From NCBI RefSeq assembly GCF_018350175.1, contig NC_058383.1, positions 13,022,001 through 13,086,000 of the forward strand: a DNA stretch of 64,000 bases, in the 5' to 3' direction. The notes below the pieces were generated by a model, which saw only the letters and a program-made list of their open reading frames with translations, ran no database searches and was not told where the DNA came from. The translations under genes were made by a program, and so were the position numbers. The stretch comes from Felis catus. Lineage: Eukaryota. The first letter of the stretch is position 1; each line of letters begins with the position of its first letter. This document shows, piece by piece, positions 26,084-38,769 of this stretch.

Positions 26084-26227
26084 GGGGATGCCTGAGTGGT
26101 TCATTTGGTTAAGTGTCCAACTCTTGATTTGGGCTCACTAGGTCACGATCTCACTGTGAGTTCGAGCCCTGCATCAGGCTCTGTGCTGACAGTATGGAGC
26201 CTGCTTGGGATATTCTCTCTCTCGCTC

Positions 26228-26285
<58 letters not shown>

Positions 26286-26349
26286 CCTTTCCCCACCACC
26301 ACTCCCCCCCCCCCCCGAAAATAAATAAATAAACATGGAAAAAAAAAAA
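26084..26349 (+). mobile_element. CanSINE with expanded (CT)n
   Basis: ggggatgcctgagtggttca head, (CT)n approx. 26214-26284, aaaataaataaataaac tail. Confidence 0.92.
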
Positions 26350-29300
26350 GAGAGAGTTGGTGAGCTGGGTTGTGCAGGAAAGTTGTTACTGGAAAATTCC
26401 ACATCCAATACATGCTCTAATGTTACTCTGTTAAATTCTCTACCCTGTAAGCCTGTCAGGGCCAGAGTGAGGGAAAATCTTAGTGGAGTATCTGAACTCT
26501 AAATCATGGGAGTTTGAAGGCTGGAAGTGAGTTTGAGGGTCTGAGGCGGGTCTCCCAAATTCACGTATATCCTGGGGTTAGACAGGTAGTGTGAGTGAGT
26601 TGGACAGGTGTAAGTAATGGGAGCAACAGGGGACTAGGAGGTGCTTGAATTCAGCAGTGTTAAAGAGCATTATCCTGCCTAACAGACAGTTCTAAGGGCT
26701 GATTCGCCTACCATTTTGCGGACCCCGGACCCTACATTTCAGGCTACCTATCTCTTTTTTCAGTATAATGACCTGACAACAGATAGGAAAAGGCACTTGT
26801 CCAAGGACAGACAGCTGGTGAGATGCAGAGCCTGACGCTTGGAGTCTCAGTGTGCCCGTCTTCCCTGCACCATGAAGGCATCTAAGTGATGAGGCAGGAG
26901 CACCTTGCTTGACCTTAGGGATTAAACATTTCTTCTTCTGAACCATTAATTTTGTTAGAGAGGTAACAGAATAAAAATGTGTGAATCTTAAGGGATAGCC
27001 TGATAAAATTTTATGTATGTGTACCTTTATGTCACTCTCAGCCAGATCACCCCAGGCCCTTTCCACCCCAACACACGCATCCTGATCACAATTTATCATG
27101 GAACTGAGGCGTTTCTACTTTGAGAGCTGGTCCATCTGTCACTGGCTCCATTTCTGCCCACACCGCTCCTTCCTCACTATTTCCTGCTTTAGATTCAGTT
27201 GTAAGGAGCTATAGCAAACACGGGGCATGTTGCTGAAATTTTTCCTGCATAAATCCAACAGAATGTTGGATTTCTTTAGAGTGAGCACCCTCTGCCATTG
27301 CCTCAGCAGGAACCCCGTGCCAGCACCCCTAGTGTGCCTCCTTTCAGAGGGTCCTGAGCCTGCTGTGCTGCTTCTTGCCCTGTCAGTGCTTTATACAATA
27401 CGTATTTAGGTCACATGACATTTGCCAGGATACTAATAATTACGATGCCACTTTTCCTTTGAAAGAACTTCAGAAGTTTATTTCATGATTTTGTTAAATC
27501 AAAGGCCCGTATCTCATTGCAGTGGGCATAGCACTCAAAACCCTGGTGATTGTGTCACTAAAAATATAACCGAGGCAACAGCCAAAACAAAACCCATCTC
27601 ACAGGCAATGCAGCTTCATTTAAAAGGAAGAAAAAAAAAGCTGGTTCCCAGGCTGAAGCTGTTAAGCAGATTTTTATGCAGGGCTTCAAGTTACTAAAAA
27701 AGCAGGACTCAATATGTCTTTCCCTTTGATTTGTAGGAGCTAGTGGGAAGCAGTGCTGCTACGCCCCCCCCGCCGAGTTTTACCATATTCTGAAAGCAAT
27801 GCTTGAAGGACCTATAAATGGAGTTGGGCTGTCTCCTAGTGCAGGGATTAACACAGAATTGCAGGGGTGTGCTGCATGGTGGTTGGAAAACAGGAAGGAT
27901 GCTATTCTCTTTTTTGGATGGACATTGTGCTGCTTTCTCTCGTCTGCGGATGTTTCCTATAAAGCAGTCTGTCACTTTGACAAATGCACACACTGTACCA
28001 CCTCACAGTTATAAAGGTTAAGTAAGCATCTTGAGCAGTGCCCCACCGCTTTTGTACTTTCCTTAATGTCAGCTGATAAAGGATTATTGAAAAAAGCTTG
28101 CAAGGAGATAAAAGGCTTGCAGGTTGAGGTTGAACAATTGAAATTTTCTGTTCCCGGTGTAGTAAATTACCAATGACAGATTTAACGTTTGTTAATTATC
28201 AGAGCAAAGTACTAAGGATTGTTTTCTTTTGCCTAATTAATTACCTCATCTGGAGTGGAATGTTAATTCAGATAAATGATTATTTCTTAATACCTCTGAA
28301 GCTTTCCTGGGAGTCTCCTAGCATGCCAAGTCCTAAAGTTTGGCTTCCTTACTTTCTGAGGAAAGATTAGGATAAGAAGACCAACATGGCTACTCTCCTG
28401 GTCTTTTTCCATTTCAGAAGATGGCTGGATAACTTGTTTATTAGACTTTTGGAGGCAAGTCGGTTTGCTGTGTGTTATTTCATAGAAGGTGAGTTGGCTT
28501 CCTTGAATTGTGTGCCTTATAATCAAGGTTTTTACTTAGTCTCGCATATGGTTCTGAATTTAACATTGGACACTCTTTTTAAAAAGACCTTTGGAAAACT
28601 CATTTTGGGGCTCCTGAAGTGGACATTAAAGATGGTGTCCTCTGGGAAGGGTGCTGTGTTTCCTTAACTCACTTTTCATCTGCAAGTCATGTTACCACCT
28701 CGTGCTTACCATGGGAAAAAAACGTGTCCTTTAGAATTCAGAATCCTGGGCACAGGTTTTTATTCTTACTTGAACCCACGTTAACTCCTAATAGTTAAAA
28801 GAATCATATTCAGAAAGTGGTAAAGTCATGATTTTCATACACCTATTAAATGTACACATATCACAGGTTTCATTTAACTTTTTATTAAATGAGAGAACCA
28901 AGTGGATGTTACATCAGGTTCAAAGGAGAAGCCAAAGAATCAAATTTATATGGAGTAAAGGAATTGTGAAAAAAAAGTCAAAGGAACACAAAACTGACTT
29001 TTTCAGGGGGAGGGGCAGGGTTATTGTTCTAGGGGACAGACGTTATTTGCATATCTATGCACAGTTTATGGAGTTGTAAATAGCCTAGTTAAAGACAAAG
29101 GTACTTGCCCCTCTAAGAGTATCCTCCTCAGTGCTCCAGCTTCACCTGAAAGGAGGTCTGGTAATTCCTTCTGCTCATTTGGAGGTCAGAAGTTTCCCCT
29201 TAGATGGTTTTGCATGAGATTTTGGTCTTTTCTGTAGAATGTTACTGCCCCCTCAAAGTAGATTAGAGATAAATTACTTGATTTGTTTTTTCTTTCAAGA

Positions 29301-30550
29301 AGATTGCTTAAGGATCCCTGGGGAGAAGGACTGGTAGATCCGGGCCACTGGAGATGGGGTCTGGTGGCATGTAACCAGTCACTCTGTACTGTCTGCTCCT
29401 GTTAGGTTATGTACTTGAGTTATATGCACTCTTTGCTTCAAGATGTGAAAAGGCAGCAGGATTTTGTCTAAGATTATCTTGAGGGCAAAGTCTGGAGCCT
29501 GGTATTAAACGGATGGTCCTGTTTTGGTGGGGCCAGGCTCCGAGCTGTTTAAGAGGATGCTTGGAACAACGCCTCTGGATCTAGGAAGTTGTCTGTGAAG
29601 GGGCTTTTCAGACACTCTGCTCAGGGACAGCTCAGTCCTACCACATATATTCACTTGAGTCTTCCAAAGACGTGAGAGCTCTGGAGGTGTGTTGGGTGCT
29701 TCTGGATATATACGTACACGTATGCATGTACATGTGTATGCACATATGCGTGTGAATACATGTATGTATTTGTATAACTGTGTGAGGCAAAGGCTGGCTT
29801 TAGGGGGTCTGCACAGTTCAGTACTTGTGCATTTTTCCCCCTAAAACTCTATTGTGTCTATCAGATTCTCATGTTCTCAGAGACTTTTATGATTCCCCAA
29901 AAGTTTAAGAGCCATTGACAGAAATTATATCCTCAGTGATTATTCTGAATCTGTGTATTCTTGTGTGCATGACTTAAAAAAGAAAAAGTTTAGATTACGA
30001 TTCCACCTAATTATAGTCTGCTGCAGTAGCCACAGCTGGATTGAGCCGTGTGGCAGCCTTGCCCCTGAGCTGGGAGGCAGGATGTGGGCCCTCCCATAGT
30101 GAGCCTGAGTGCACTGTGGGTGCGCTGACATGAAGCCCTGGGAAATAAAAAGCACTAAAATACCTTCAAGTCCAGTAGCCGCCTGGGGAGAAGCTGACCA
30201 AGAGACCTTTTGGCTTCTGCATTGTGTTGGGTGCTTGCGAGCCTGCAGCCCCGTGAGTCTGACTGATCGCTGACTTGGGCCGTGGCTCTGATGCCAGGAA
30301 AAAGTACGGGGGTTGGGGGTTGGAGTGTGTTAGGTCCAAGTAAAAGGAATTACTGCCCCAGCTAGGCATTGCAGTTATTAGACCCAAGTACATCTTTCTG
30401 CCTTCAAACCAGTTTAGAGCATATCAAGCAGGTGCCATGTCTCCAGTAACCCGTTTTGTTCCAGTATTGGGTAGCTTGCTGTGGGATTTTAAATTCAAAT
30501 ACTCCACATTCACTTTGTTTAGGAAATAACTGTAATAGAGCAAATTGTTT

Positions 30551-30583
30551 CCTCCTCCTCTTCTTCTTCTTCTTCTTCTTCTT
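30551..30583. repeat. (CCT)n(CTT)n microsatellite
   Basis: cctcctcctcttcttcttcttcttcttcttctt. Confidence 0.9.
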
Positions 30584-32590
30584 TTTTCCTTTTTCTTCCA
30601 CAGTGCAGCCAAGTGAGAGCAAATCAATTCACACCCAATTTTTTGTTGCTGTTTCCTCCGTGCTGGAGAAGGGTTGGCACAGCCCTCCCTTGCCGCTGCC
30701 TTGGAGGGTGTGGCTCCCTAGCCTTAGTTCATCATCTGAAAGCAATTTTGCTCAATTAAAGATCAGAATTAAATTTCAGTTGTGGAGCTTCTGTGCAAAG
30801 GAAATGATGCATTAATGAACACACAGATGTCATCTTGCAGCCATGCTGTTTGCAGAACACTTTCTTCAGGACTCAAATAATAAAAGGAGGCCCAGGCGGC
30901 AGGAGCATTGTTTACTCGTTGGCATGCTAAGTGGAGACACTCAGGTTTATTTGCAAACCATTTATCATTCTGTATACTGAGAGGGAAAACATACTTTATC
31001 TAAAATATTTGAAATAATGACTCCTCAAATCAGATAATGGGGGCATTAATGCTAGGTGCCATGCAGTAAATTGCATAATGCTACTGAGTTGGCACTGAAG
31101 CCATGATTTGTGATGATGCTAATGATCTACCCAAATAGATGGGACTTGAGTATAAAAAGAGAATATTCCTGGAAAGAGACAAGGCAACTAGTGAATTAAA
31201 AGTGTAGTGGGAGAGGGGAAAAAAATGTGTAGGATCGTATTTCAGTTATTGGAAGACCCACCTGCTCTTCTGTACACACATTATGTAAGTTTTATTCTCT
31301 ATATTACAGATATCCCGCAGGGTGGATAGGAAGTTCATATATCTGCCTTCAACTGTGTTTTTAACTCAGTCAGACATGAATGAACAGAAAGATTTATGTC
31401 TTGCACGTGGAATATTCTAGTATGGCAGGCTTTTTTCTTTTCTTTTTTTGAAAAGAAACTGTATATTTAGATTGTGCTATCCTATGCACTGCTTTGCCTG
31501 ATGACTGTGACTTCTAGGTGGGAGAAAGCAGCAAGTGGGGAGTAGGAGTTTGGGGGGGGTTGGAGAGGGCTTCTGTGAGACAGCATTGGTTTCTGTGGTT
31601 TCGGCCTGGTCTGTACACATGCTCTTTGGCCCTCACGGTTAATGCACATACTTCCAGGTAGTGCCCAGGCCTGTGTCTGCTCTGCCCTGAGCTTTTATGT
31701 ATGTATGGATGTATGTATGTATTTTTTACTGTTTGCTTTTTGATGTTTTAATCTCTGTGCTGTACAGAATTTCTGAAGGTGTTTCGAACACAGAGGTTCT
31801 TAGTTTCAGGGGGCATCATCCACTCTGGTCATTGATGTCAATATGGATGAAATCTCACTTGAGACCTTCTATTCCCCAAGTTCATGGACCCTTTCTCATT
31901 CTTCTTCCCCTGTTACAGAGTCTCTATAATGTTTGACAAGGGTTAATGGTTCTCTCCTTGAAATGTTTTCTTTCTGTACCTTGTGTGACATCACATTTTT
32001 CTTTTGCTTTTATCCATGTCTGGTGACAAGGCCATTTCTCTTCTGGTCTTACTTCCTTTTCTAACCCCCCTAATTGTGCATACTGCCCTGAATCCTATTT
32101 TGCTAATAACTCTTCTCATTTGCAGACCTCATCAATGCACATCATCCATTACCAAAATGCCATTAATGTCCCGATTTTCATTTCCAGTCAAAAATTTCTT
32201 TCCCCACTCCATATCCATATATATCTCTTTCTGGAAATTTCCTTAGAAAATCAATGTGTGTTGGATGAAATGAACTCTCTCTTAAACTCTTTCTTTCTTC
32301 CTTCTTGTAATTGCGCTTACATTTTCAGTATCTTTTTGGCTAAAAACATGTATTAATGTTTGTAGCTTTCTCCCTTTCTTTGCTTCTCATGAGTGCCTCA
32401 TCCTGTCCTTTTCTTCCTTCCTTTTTCCCTCCCTCCCTCCCTTCCTTCTTTCCTTCCTTCCTTTTTTCTACCTGCTTTTTTTCAGATTCTCCTTACAGGT
32501 CACATGCAGGGCTTCAGTAGCCTCTTGACTGCTCTTGTGGCCATGGTTTCCTTCCCCCAATCCTTCCTGTAGTCCTAGGTTTGTCTGCTT

Positions 32591-32596
32591 CTTTTT

Positions 32597-32660
<64 letters not shown>

Positions 32661-32871
32661 TAAAAAAAATTTTTTTTTCATGTTTACTTTTGAGAGACAG
32701 AGCATGAGTGGGGGAGGGGCAGAGAGAGAGAGGGAGACACAAAATTGGAAGCAGGCTCCAGGCTCTGAGCTGTCAGCACAGAGCCCAACATGGAGCTCAA
32801 ACTCAGGAGCAGTGAGATCATGACCTGAGCTGAAGTCGGATGCTCAACTGACTGAGCCACCCAGGCGCCCC
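32591..32871 (-). mobile_element. Feliform CanSINE with (TTTC)n tail
   Basis: Reverse head ...gagccacccaggcgcccc; perfect TSD ttgtctgctt (32581-32590 / 32872-32881); (TTTC)n approx. 32595-32660. Confidence 0.96.
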
Positions 32872-32884
32872 TTGTCTGCTTATT

Positions 32885-33345
32885 TCAACATACTGTTCAG
32901 AAGCCTTCCTTGGCCTCCTGTTGCCTGGCATATAAGTCCAAACTTCCTAGGCCTAGTGATTAAGCAGCCCTTTCCCTCCCTCAACAACCCAGGCTTATCT
33001 TTTACTCATTTTACCTTATAGGTGCTTGGTCTGTTTTTCTCATTCTTCCATACCAGCCTTTCAAAATGCTTCCCTGGCTGAAGCCCAGTTCAGCTGCTTC
33101 CAGGAAGCCTTCCATGATTACCCAGGGGCATGCACTCTCCCTGCTCTAGGAGCAAATGGTCACTATACTTCTTCTATTAGGCTGTGTGTCACATACGGCA
33201 GGTATTTATTTAAGGCTCTTATGTATCTGCTGGTTTGTAATTGCTGTGGTAGCAGGGACCATCTTATTCCTTTGTATTTTCAATAGAATTTGGTTTGTTA
33301 ACTTGGAATTCTCTGTGCTGTTGGAAGTATTTGTTGGAAAAATAA
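32885..33345 (+). mobile_element. L2 3' fragment
   Basis: agtccaaacttcctaggcc...ttccaggaagccttcc...agggaccatcttattc...tatttgttggaa. Confidence 0.55.
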
Positions 33346-34639
33346 ATTATAGCACATAACATGTGCTAGAGCATCTTTAGTTTGAGAAACCTGGGTGAGT
33401 TCAGGTTCTAGTGTGCATTTCTTGGGCCTTTTTTAGTCTTCTGTCAAATACATGCTGGTTAGAGAGGTAAGAGCACAAAGTCTGGCTTCAGCTGTGATTG
33501 AGAACTGATAACAAGGATTTGTTCCTGCCCCCCCCCCCCCCCCCGCCCCCGCCCAGTGGTTTCCTGGTACAGCCTGAGATTGGGATTGCTCAACTGTGCC
33601 TTAATCTCGTGTCTAGTGAGTGCTTAGATCTTGAGTTAGCAGGCTGGGATTCAAGACCACTGGCCTCTGTTGAAGCTTGATGCTTCATGTGGTGGGGCTT
33701 TATGAGCCCGGAAACGGGACTCATGGATTACTCAGTAGTTCTTCAACTGACGTGAGCACGAAACAGAAGTCCTGGAGACAGGGATCTTCTGTGAGGGTTA
33801 GTCTTCACGTTCTGCTGGTGGCCTCAGACCTGCCCTGGTCAGTGTTTAAAGGATGAAGAGGCAGTGGAGCTGTGGTGACTAGTAAGCCGTATCATTTTAT
33901 GTGCTTTGTTGTGGGTCTCACCCTAAGTGGTCTCAGGTCAGGGAACTTTGCTGGGAAAGGAGAATCCTGACTCCTTGAGCTGACTGTGGAGATGGAGTCT
34001 AGGAGGTGGGCAGACCCTAAGGATTTGGTGGCAGATTGTGACCCCTTGTTCCTGGGCTGCCTGGCCGAGTCTCTCAGAAGGGTGGGTCTTCTAATTGCAG
34101 TCTTCGCTCTCCTCTTTACAGGGAGTCTGAACAGTGTATGTGTAGATGTAGATGCTTTAATAAGTGGGTTATATTGAATCCCATTTATATGAGTAAACTG
34201 GGTGACCAGCATGAGGGAGTTGTTTTATTTTAAAAAGAACTACTCCCATTCTCGAACTGCAAAAGCCTCCATTTTGTTACTGTATCTTTATGGTTGATGA
34301 TACTTTTCCCTTTTTGGTTTCCCCTGGGCAGTGATGTTATGGTTCTGAATTTTGGTAAAGCATTTCCCCTTTTGGCCTCTTGCCCTTACCTAAACTCCCT
34401 TCCAGTTAGCTGATTTGGGACTGTAGTTCTAAAACCACATTTTCATTTTGTCGCCTATGTTCATCTCATTTAAGACTACGTGGCCAAAATCGTCTTTTGT
34501 TCTTGACTAACCTCTTTAACTCCTCCTGTCTTTCCTGCTTCACACTTTTCCTCTGTCCAGTAAATTTTTTTTTTTTTTGCTTAAATAAGCAAACAGAAAT
34601 GATTTGAAATAGGCAGCATTATTAGGATATAAGCAAATA

Positions 34640-34865
34640 GGGGCGCCTGGGTGGCGCAGTAGGTTAAGCATCCGACTTCAGCCAGGTCACGATCTCGCGG
34701 TCCGTGAGTTCGAGCCCCGCGTCGGGCTCTGGGCTGATGGCTCAGAGCCTGGAGCCTGTTTCCGATTCTGTGTCTCCCTCTCTCTCTGCCCCTCCCCTGT
34801 TCATGCTCTGTCTCTCTCTGTCCCAAAAATGAATAAACGTTGAAAAAAAAATAAAAAAAAAAAGA
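34640..34865 (+). mobile_element. Young feliform CanSINE
   Basis: CpG-rich, near-consensus body; perfect 13-bp TSD atataagcaaata (34627-34639 / 34866-34878). Confidence 0.97.
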
Positions 34866-34896
34866 ATATAAGCAAATAAAAATACAGGATATCGCA

Positions 34897-35109
34897 GGGG
34901 CACTTGGGTGGCTCAGTCGGTTAAGTGTCCGACCGACTTCGGCTCAGGTCATGATCTCGCCATTTGTGAGTTCGAGCCCCACATTGGGCCCTGTGTTGAT
35001 GGCTCAGAGCGTGCAGCCTGCTTCGATTCTGTGTCCCCTCTCTCTCTCTGCCCCACCCTTGCTTGTGCTCTCTGTCTTTTAAAAATGAATAAACATTAAA
35101 AAATAAAAA
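34897..35109 (+). mobile_element. Feliform CanSINE
   Basis: Head ggggcacttgggtggctcagtcgg; TSD aaaatacagga(t/c)at. Confidence 0.95.
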
Positions 35110-36825
35110 AAAATACAGGACATTGGTGAAATTTGAATTTAGCTAAACAAAAAAATTTTTTTTTAGTGTAAGTACATTCCATGCAATTTTTTGACTTGCA
35201 ACTTGAAATTTGTATCTGAAATTTGAGTTTAGGTGGGCATTCTGTATTTTATCCAGCACCATAGATGACAACTGCATAAATAACCACTACACAGGCACAT
35301 ATTTAGAATAAAATTTCACACTTGAGAAGATGTTATAAAGAAGTATTGAAGTTTACTGTATGTTAAGTACCCCTAAAGTTTCTCTTGCTAAGGACAAATT
35401 GTGAAAGAGTTTATGTATAAAGTTCACAACTCAGATAGATATTATATACTAATTCACTCTAAGCTTCTACTGACTATTGGCATTGTTCATTCATTTATTT
35501 TTGGATTCAGCTCTATCTTTCTGCTTCCTTAGAAGATGGCTGTTCATTTCTGAGATGAGACTCTATACCCTACACATCTGCTTTTGCACATCATAAGCAT
35601 GTGTCAAATGTTGAATGTTAAAGTTCTTGGGTAGAATTTTTCTTTATGTAAATTGTGACGAGTTCTTTTATCCAGCACAGTTGTTCCTACATATGAAGAT
35701 CCTTAACCCAACCATTTAGATGATAAAGACAGTCAGTTCTTCATTTGTCTTGAAGTTTTTATCTGAAGCTAGATTCCCTCTGCTCCCCAACTTATCTGCA
35801 TACAAGCTAATTACGAAGCTAAATCTCTCTCAAAACACATTACAACTGCTCTGAAGCTTAATAATGATAATGCAACATTTGTTCCACACTTTGCTTTTTA
35901 CAAAGCTTGTGCATACACTCTGATGTGATGCTCGTGCTAACCTATGGGGAAGCAGTATGGTTTGTGTCCCTATTTTGTAAATGAGAAATTTGAATTTCTT
36001 ATAGGTGAAATGACTTGTATAAGATCAAGTAGGACTTACATTTTGATCTTAGGCCTTCTGGGCCATTGCTCTTTCCACTACCTGTAGTGGCTCTTGAATA
36101 TAAGTGAAAGGGGTATTAGGCAGTTGAGGAGTAAGTACACCAGTGTTCCCCTCTGCTGGCTGGGGAAATGAAGAGTTGTCCTTGCACCTGTGCATCATGC
36201 TGGAAGAGGTATTTGCCTTTGGTTCAGTTCATGCCTGTAACATCCCTCCGTTCCTCTTGTGACTAACAGTCACTGCCCTTGCACAACTGCTTCTGAATGA
36301 AGCAGATCAGCCACTATTGATATCTGAGTTTGCAGCAGTGCGTTGTTAATGCTTGGGCAGGAGTTGTTGGAACACGTGTTTTCACCTCTGAATAATGCAG
36401 GCAAAGACTCTGGAAGATGATATTCTGCACAACTATAGGGGAAATTATGGAAGGCACATTCCACCAGGTTTTATTAAGCACTTTATTAAACTTTATTAAG
36501 GTATTTTTGGATGTACTAGATAATGTGGATGGAAAGCAGTCTGTTTAGTCTTATTTAAGAACCCTTCAACCTTGATATCTTTGCTAGTCTCTTTCCCACC
36601 TTTAAGTACTTTGAATTGCCCTCTGTTTTTGGATACATTTTGACTTGAGATATTGCTTCCTTTGTTTTGTAAATTTTCCCCTTTGTGTATATTTCTTCCC
36701 AAAAGGAGAGTATGAACTCTTTGAGGTCCGAATTCTTAGGATACCATTGCCTCCTTTCTATGTTCTAAGCCACTTTCTGGTTCAAAGAGAAAGTATGGCC
36801 TTCAGGACTATTTGAGTCTCTTACT

Positions 36826-37124
36826 TTGTCATAGATGTAATATGCTTACCTTGTACTCTTGAGTTTTAGTGAACTCGCATCTTCATGCAGTTGTATTCAG
36901 TGGGCATCATGAATGCTATGTGCATACGGGGCAGCAGAGAATGGCAGACGTGCCTACTATGTAAATTTCCTTTACTCACACACATGTTCCACTGTCTCAT
37001 CAGACTTTGCTTACAAAACTCAAGCTCATAGAGAAAAGTATAGATCATTAAACCAGGTGTCTGGTCCTTCTGAGTACAGGACTCTGGACAGTGGCACAAG
37101 TTGCACCCTAGGAAACTGGCCCTG
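36826..37124 (-). mobile_element. Zaphod/MER91-like hAT-Tip100 DNA transposon end
   Basis: Reverse strand reads cagggccagtttcc...ctcagaagga...tggtttaatg...ttttgtaag...gagtacaaggtaagcatattacatctat, like the recalled Zaphod 5' end. Confidence 0.65.
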
Positions 37125-38010
37125 AACTTAATAGATAAGAAAGCATGTCAGAGACATAGATGCCCATCCTGATATTCTCTTCCTGTTTTCACACTGAGGA
37201 AAGCATGGCTAATCTCTTATTTTCTGTAGGAGAGATTAGGAGAGGTTAGAACATCAATCCATTGTGCCTTTAGCCCTGTTGTCTGTAATTTGCTTAAATG
37301 TTTTTTTGTGTCTCCTTTCTTTCTTGTCATGTTGGATATGTCCTTAATATATCAGTGTCAAATGTTATACCTGAATGTGAACCTGAATTTTATTCTAAGC
37401 ACTGAAATTAAAACAAAATGCTTCCGTGTTTGGTTTCTGATGTATTTGGTATACTAGTATATCTAAAACATTTTAAAACAGGCTTTTAAAATTTTAGCCT
37501 TTCCCCACCCCAGTTATACAACTCATTTTTCTTCTTCTGACCTACCACTTCTGATGAAAATTCTGGGCTTCTAGTGACTCCTGAGAAAATAGGCTCTCTC
37601 TCTTCTTCTTCTTCTTCTTTTTTTTTTTTTTTTATTAAATGGTGGTGGATAACATCCTATGGTCCATCGCAGTCCCCACAATGACTGGTGGCAAGTAGAA
37701 CTTGTGGAAGATACAGTTAGGAGAATTGCTATTAAATTAGCAAAGAGCCCTCTTTGCTGTCTCAGATGAGAACCATGAAGTTGATTTACACATTCAGGGT
37801 GGCACTTGATATAATCTATATTCTAAAGAGACTCTCCTTTTACTAATCAAGAGGCTATCACCTGCTCGTACTTTGAAGAGAAAAAATAAATGTTCCAGGA
37901 CTTGTAAGTTCAGAGAAGTAGCTTAACAGAGTGTAGTGCTTTAACAGATCTGTCTGGCTTTGGAAGCACACTGACTTCAGGTTGTCTGCATAGAAACTGG
38001 GGAATTTTAT

Positions 38011-38205
38011 GGGGCACCTAGGTGACTCAGTCAATTGAGTGTCTGACTTTGGCTCAGGTCATATCTCATAGTTTGTGGATTCAAGACCCATGTTGGGCTC
38101 TGCACTGACAGTGTGGAGCCTGCTTCAGATTTTGTCTGTCTGTCTGTCTCTCAAAAACAGTAAATTAAAAACAACAACAACAACAACAAAACATTAAAAA
38201 AAAAT
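38011..38205 (+). mobile_element. CanSINE (shortened CT segment, (AAC)n tail)
   Basis: Head ggggcacctaggtgactcag; TSD aaactgggg(a/t)attt. Confidence 0.92.
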
Positions 38206-38237
38206 AAACTGGGGTATTTGAATCACATCAGCTTACC

Positions 38238-38520
38238 TAGTGGTTCTCAATCCTAGGAACTTTAAAGTACATAACCCCCAGAAATTAGTATTTAGTTGCT
38301 TTTAGGTGGGGTCTATGCCTTTTTTTTTTTTAATCTTCCTAGAAGATTCAGCAAGCTGCAAAGGTTGAGAACCACTGCCGTAACATCTTTAAACCTCAGT
38401 TTCCTCATCTGTATGGTGGGAGGAATAGAGTTCCTAATATAGAGAGTTGTAGTGGTCTAATTAAATGAACACAGTGCCTGGTCAGTTGTAAGTGTGTAGT
38501 AAATGTGAGCTGCAGTATTA
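38238..38520. mobile_element. MER5-like MITE (approx. 38238-38377) followed by MIR (+, approx. 38390-38520)
   Basis: Inverted ends agtggttctcaa / ttgagaaccact, then cctcagtttcctcatctgta. Confidence 0.7.
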
Positions 38521-38769
38521 CCACCCTTACTGATTCTTTATTGAGATTGGTATATATTTCTTGAGCTTAAAGCATATGCTGATTCGTTAGAAATACTGCA
38601 GAGAATAGAAATGGTACCTACCCCAAGGGAATAACTTGGGTCTGATTAGGATATCATACATAACGTCCTTCTACCTTCCAGGAAGAGTATGTCAGAGAGT
38701 GGCTGGAACCACTGGTTTTATGTACCAGGGTTGTCCCTGGAGTAGATAACTTCTTTGAGGAAAAAGTTG

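Larger units (their letters stand above)
34615..35260. mobile_element. MER53-like palindromic MITE, split by two CanSINEs
   Basis: Removing both SINEs and one copy of each TSD gives agcaaataaaaatacagga...aaatttgaatt...tttagtgtaagta...tatctgaaatttgagttt...ctgtattttatc, matching the recalled MER53 consensus. Confidence 0.75.

Noticed and set aside
36141..36162. CTCF-like motif (reverse ccagcagagggaac)
   Set aside because: Mismatch in the conserved GGC core; cannot be supported without a PWM scan or ChIP data.
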